From the NCBI GenBank assembly GCA_002189035.1, contig NEEC01000431.1:1-21487 (forward strand): a stretch of 21,487 nt of DNA. The letters are read 5' to 3'. The notes below the pieces were generated by a model. The model was not told where the DNA came from. It searched no databases and worked only from the letters and a program-made list of their open reading frames with translations. Shown piece after piece: positions 19,301-21,487 of the stretch. The translations under genes were made by a program, and so were the position numbers. How positions within the stretch are numbered: position 1 is the stretch's first letter; every line of letters starts with the position of its first letter. Origin of the DNA: Utricularia gibba (Eukaryota > Plantae > Magnoliophyta).

Positions 19301-21487
19301 TTGTAGCCCCACAAATAAAGTGATGTATTTATTATCGTTCGGTTTTCGGGGCTGCCTACATGGTTTTTCAAGGAACCGCTTCTCGTTTTGTGGCGGCCAG
19401 TCTCGCTGGGAACTTGGTCCTTACCCCGATTCTGTATGGCTCATGAGGTCAACCGGATGCAAATCGATTAAAAAAATGATGCATTTGTTTAAATTGCGAT
19501 ATCACGTGCACCCCACATGATTTTTTCAACAACTTACTTTATACTTGAGAGGCGGTCTTGGGTGCACTGGAACGGGACAAAGGTAAGGTTTGGCTTGCGC
19601 CGAGAGTTAGTTGTAGCCGGCAAATAAAGTGATGTATTTATTATCGTTCGGTTTTCGGGGCTGCCTACATGGTTTTTCAAGGAACCGCTTCTCGTTTTGG
19701 CGGCCAGTCTCGCTGGGAACTTGGTCCTTGACCCCGATTCTGTATGGCTCATGAGGTCAACCGGATGCAAATCGATTAAAAAAAATGATGCATTTGTTTA
19801 AATTGCGATATCACGTGCACCCCACATGATTTTTTCAACAACTTACTTTATACTTGAGGAGGCGGTCTTGGGGTGCACTGGAACGGACAAAGGTAAGGTT
19901 TGGCTTGCCCGAGAGTTAGTTGTAGCCCGGCAAATAAAGTGATGTATTTATTATCGTTCGGTTTTCGGGGCTGCCTACATGGTTTTTCAAGGAACCGCTT
20001 CTCGTTTTGTGGCGGCCAGTCTCGCTGGAACTTGGTCCTTGACCCCGATTCTGTATGGCTCATGAGGTCAACCGGATGCAAATCGATTAAAAAAAATGAT
20101 GCATTTGTTTAAATTGCGATATCACGTGCACCCCACATGATTTTTTCAACAACTTACTTTATACTTTGAGGAGGCGGTCTTGGGTGCACTGGAACGGGAC
20201 AAAGGTAAGGTTTGGCTTGCGCCGAGAGTTAGTTGTAGCCCGGCAAATAAAGTGATGTATTTATTATCGTTCGGTTTTCGGGGCTGCCTACATGGTTTTT
20301 CAAGGAACCGCTTCTCGTTTTGTGGCGCCAGTCTCGCTGGGAACTTGGTCCTTGACCCCGATTCTGTATGGCTCATGAGGTCAACCGGATGCAAATCGAT
20401 TAAAAAAAAATGATGCATTTGTTTAAATTGCGATATCACGTGCACCCCACATGATTTTTTCAACAACTTACTTTATACTTGAGGAGGCGTCTTGGGGTGC
20501 ACCTGAACGGGACAAAGGTAAGGTTTGGCTTGCGCGAGAGTTAGTTGTAGCCCGCAAATAAAGTGATGTATTTATTATCGTTCGGTTTTCGGGGCTGCCT
20601 ACATGGTTTTTCAAGGAACCGCTTCTCGTTTTGTGGCGCCAGTCTCGCTGGAACTTGGTCCTTGACCCCGATTCTGTATGGCTCATGAGGTCAACCGGAT
20701 GCAAATCGATTAAAAAAAATGATGCATTTGTTTAAATTGCGATATCACGTGCACCCCACATGATTTTTTCAACAACTTACTTTATACTTGAGGAGGCGGT
20801 CTTGGGGTGCACTTGAACGGGACAAAGGTAAGGTTTGGCTTGCGCCGAGAGTTAGTTGTAGCCCGACAAATAAAGTGATGTATTTATTATCGTTCGGTTT
20901 TCGGGGGCTGCCTACATGGTTTTTCAAGGAACCGCTTCTCGTTTTGGGCGGCCAGTCTCGCTGGGAACTTGGTCCTTGACCCGATTCTGTATGGCTCATG
21001 AGGTCAACCGGATGCAAATCGATTAAAAAAAATGATGCATTTGTTTAAATTGCGATATCATGTGCACCCCACATGATTTTTTCAACAACTTACTTTATAC
21101 TTGAGGAGGCGTCTTGGGGTGCACTGGAACGGGACAAAGGTAAGGTTTGGCTTGCGCCGAGAGTTAGTTGTAGCCCGACAAATAAAGTGATGTATTTATT
21201 ATCGTTCGGTTTTCGGGGGCTGCCTACATGGTTTTTCAAGGAACCGCTTCTCGTTTTGTGGCGGCCAGTCTCGCTGGGAACTTGGTCCTTGACCCCGATT
21301 CTGTATGGCTCATGAGGTCAACCGGATGCAAATCGATTAAAAAAAAATGATGCATTTGTTTAAATTGCGATATCACGTGCACCCCACATGATTTTTTTCA
21401 ACAACTTACTTTATACTTGAGGAGGCGGTCTTGGGGTGCACCTTGAACGGGACAAAGGTAAGTTTGGCTTGCGCCGAGAGTTAGTTG

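Larger units (their letters stand above)
1..21487. repeat. Tandem satellite-type array, 315-316 bp monomer, about 68.5 head-to-tail copies, running off both window ends
   Basis: The landmark TTATACTTG(A/G)GGAGGCGG recurs 69 times (starts at 190, 502, 811, 1123, 1436 ... 21100, 21416), always in the same orientation and with no unique sequence between copies. Consensus hand count: 145/315 G+C (46%). Confidence 0.99.
10513..21487. repeat. Right domain: apparently homogeneous sub-array (GCAC(C/T)TG(G)A, GCGCCG, GTATTTATTATC, mostly TATCACGTG)
   Basis: No CAGCTG after 10229, no GCGGCG variant after the monomer at 9574, and no complete B monomer. The boundary is only placed to within a monomer or two. 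Confidence 0.8.

Noticed and set aside
6-21315. All ORFs in the six-frame track (e.g. the recurring 71-aa MRRRSW...LYGS and the minus-strand MHPVDLM... ORFs)
   Set aside because: They are frames of the same monomer, 63-132 aa long, mostly with TTG/GTG starts. They change frame with every indel, show no domain I recognise, and variants do not preserve any frame.
1-21487. CRISPR array
   Set aside because: There are no unique spacers; the entire 315-bp unit repeats and no cas genes are present.
1-21487. Rolling-circle concatemer of a ~315-nt circle (viroid-like RNA or eccDNA)
   Set aside because: The size fits, but one circular template cannot give linked B haplotypes at mixed 3/4 spacing plus a domain switch. 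I also see no rod-like self-complementarity.
1-21487. Homopolymer length differences (A7-A9, T5-T7, G3-G5) as biological variants
   Set aside because: They match typical long-read error and do not segregate cleanly with monomer class.
1-21487. Telomeric repeats, LTR or transposase remnants, array ends
   Set aside because: I found no TTTAGGG/TTAGGG/TTAGG runs, no coding remnants and no interruption of the array anywhere in the window.

Overview
The whole 21,487-bp window is one head-to-tail tandem array of a 315-316 bp monomer, about 68.5 copies. I counted 69 monomer starts from 190 to 21416 (mean spacing about 312 bp because of scattered small deletions), and the consensus is about 46% GC by hand count. 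I see no unique sequence, no credible gene, no RNA gene and no CRISPR array; every ORF in the track is a by-product of the repeat. It looks like eukaryotic satellite DNA, but I cannot name the family or host. The structure is hierarchical. (1) Each monomer is itself a decayed dimer of a ~157-158 bp subunit. (2) In 1-10.5 kb a divergent 'B' monomer (about 16 linked substitutions) recurs every 3 or 4 monomers, giving a 3-mer/4-mer higher-order repeat (HOR). (3) After about 10.5 kb the array looks homogeneous but keeps B-like traces about every 7 monomers (~2.18 kb). Deletions fall repeatedly on the polymorphic sites, so part of the fine variation, and possibly the right-hand homogeneity, may be a consensus/polishing artefact. 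Weaker leads are 5S rRNA-like fragments in the monomer and a 10-bp inverted repeat across each monomer junction.
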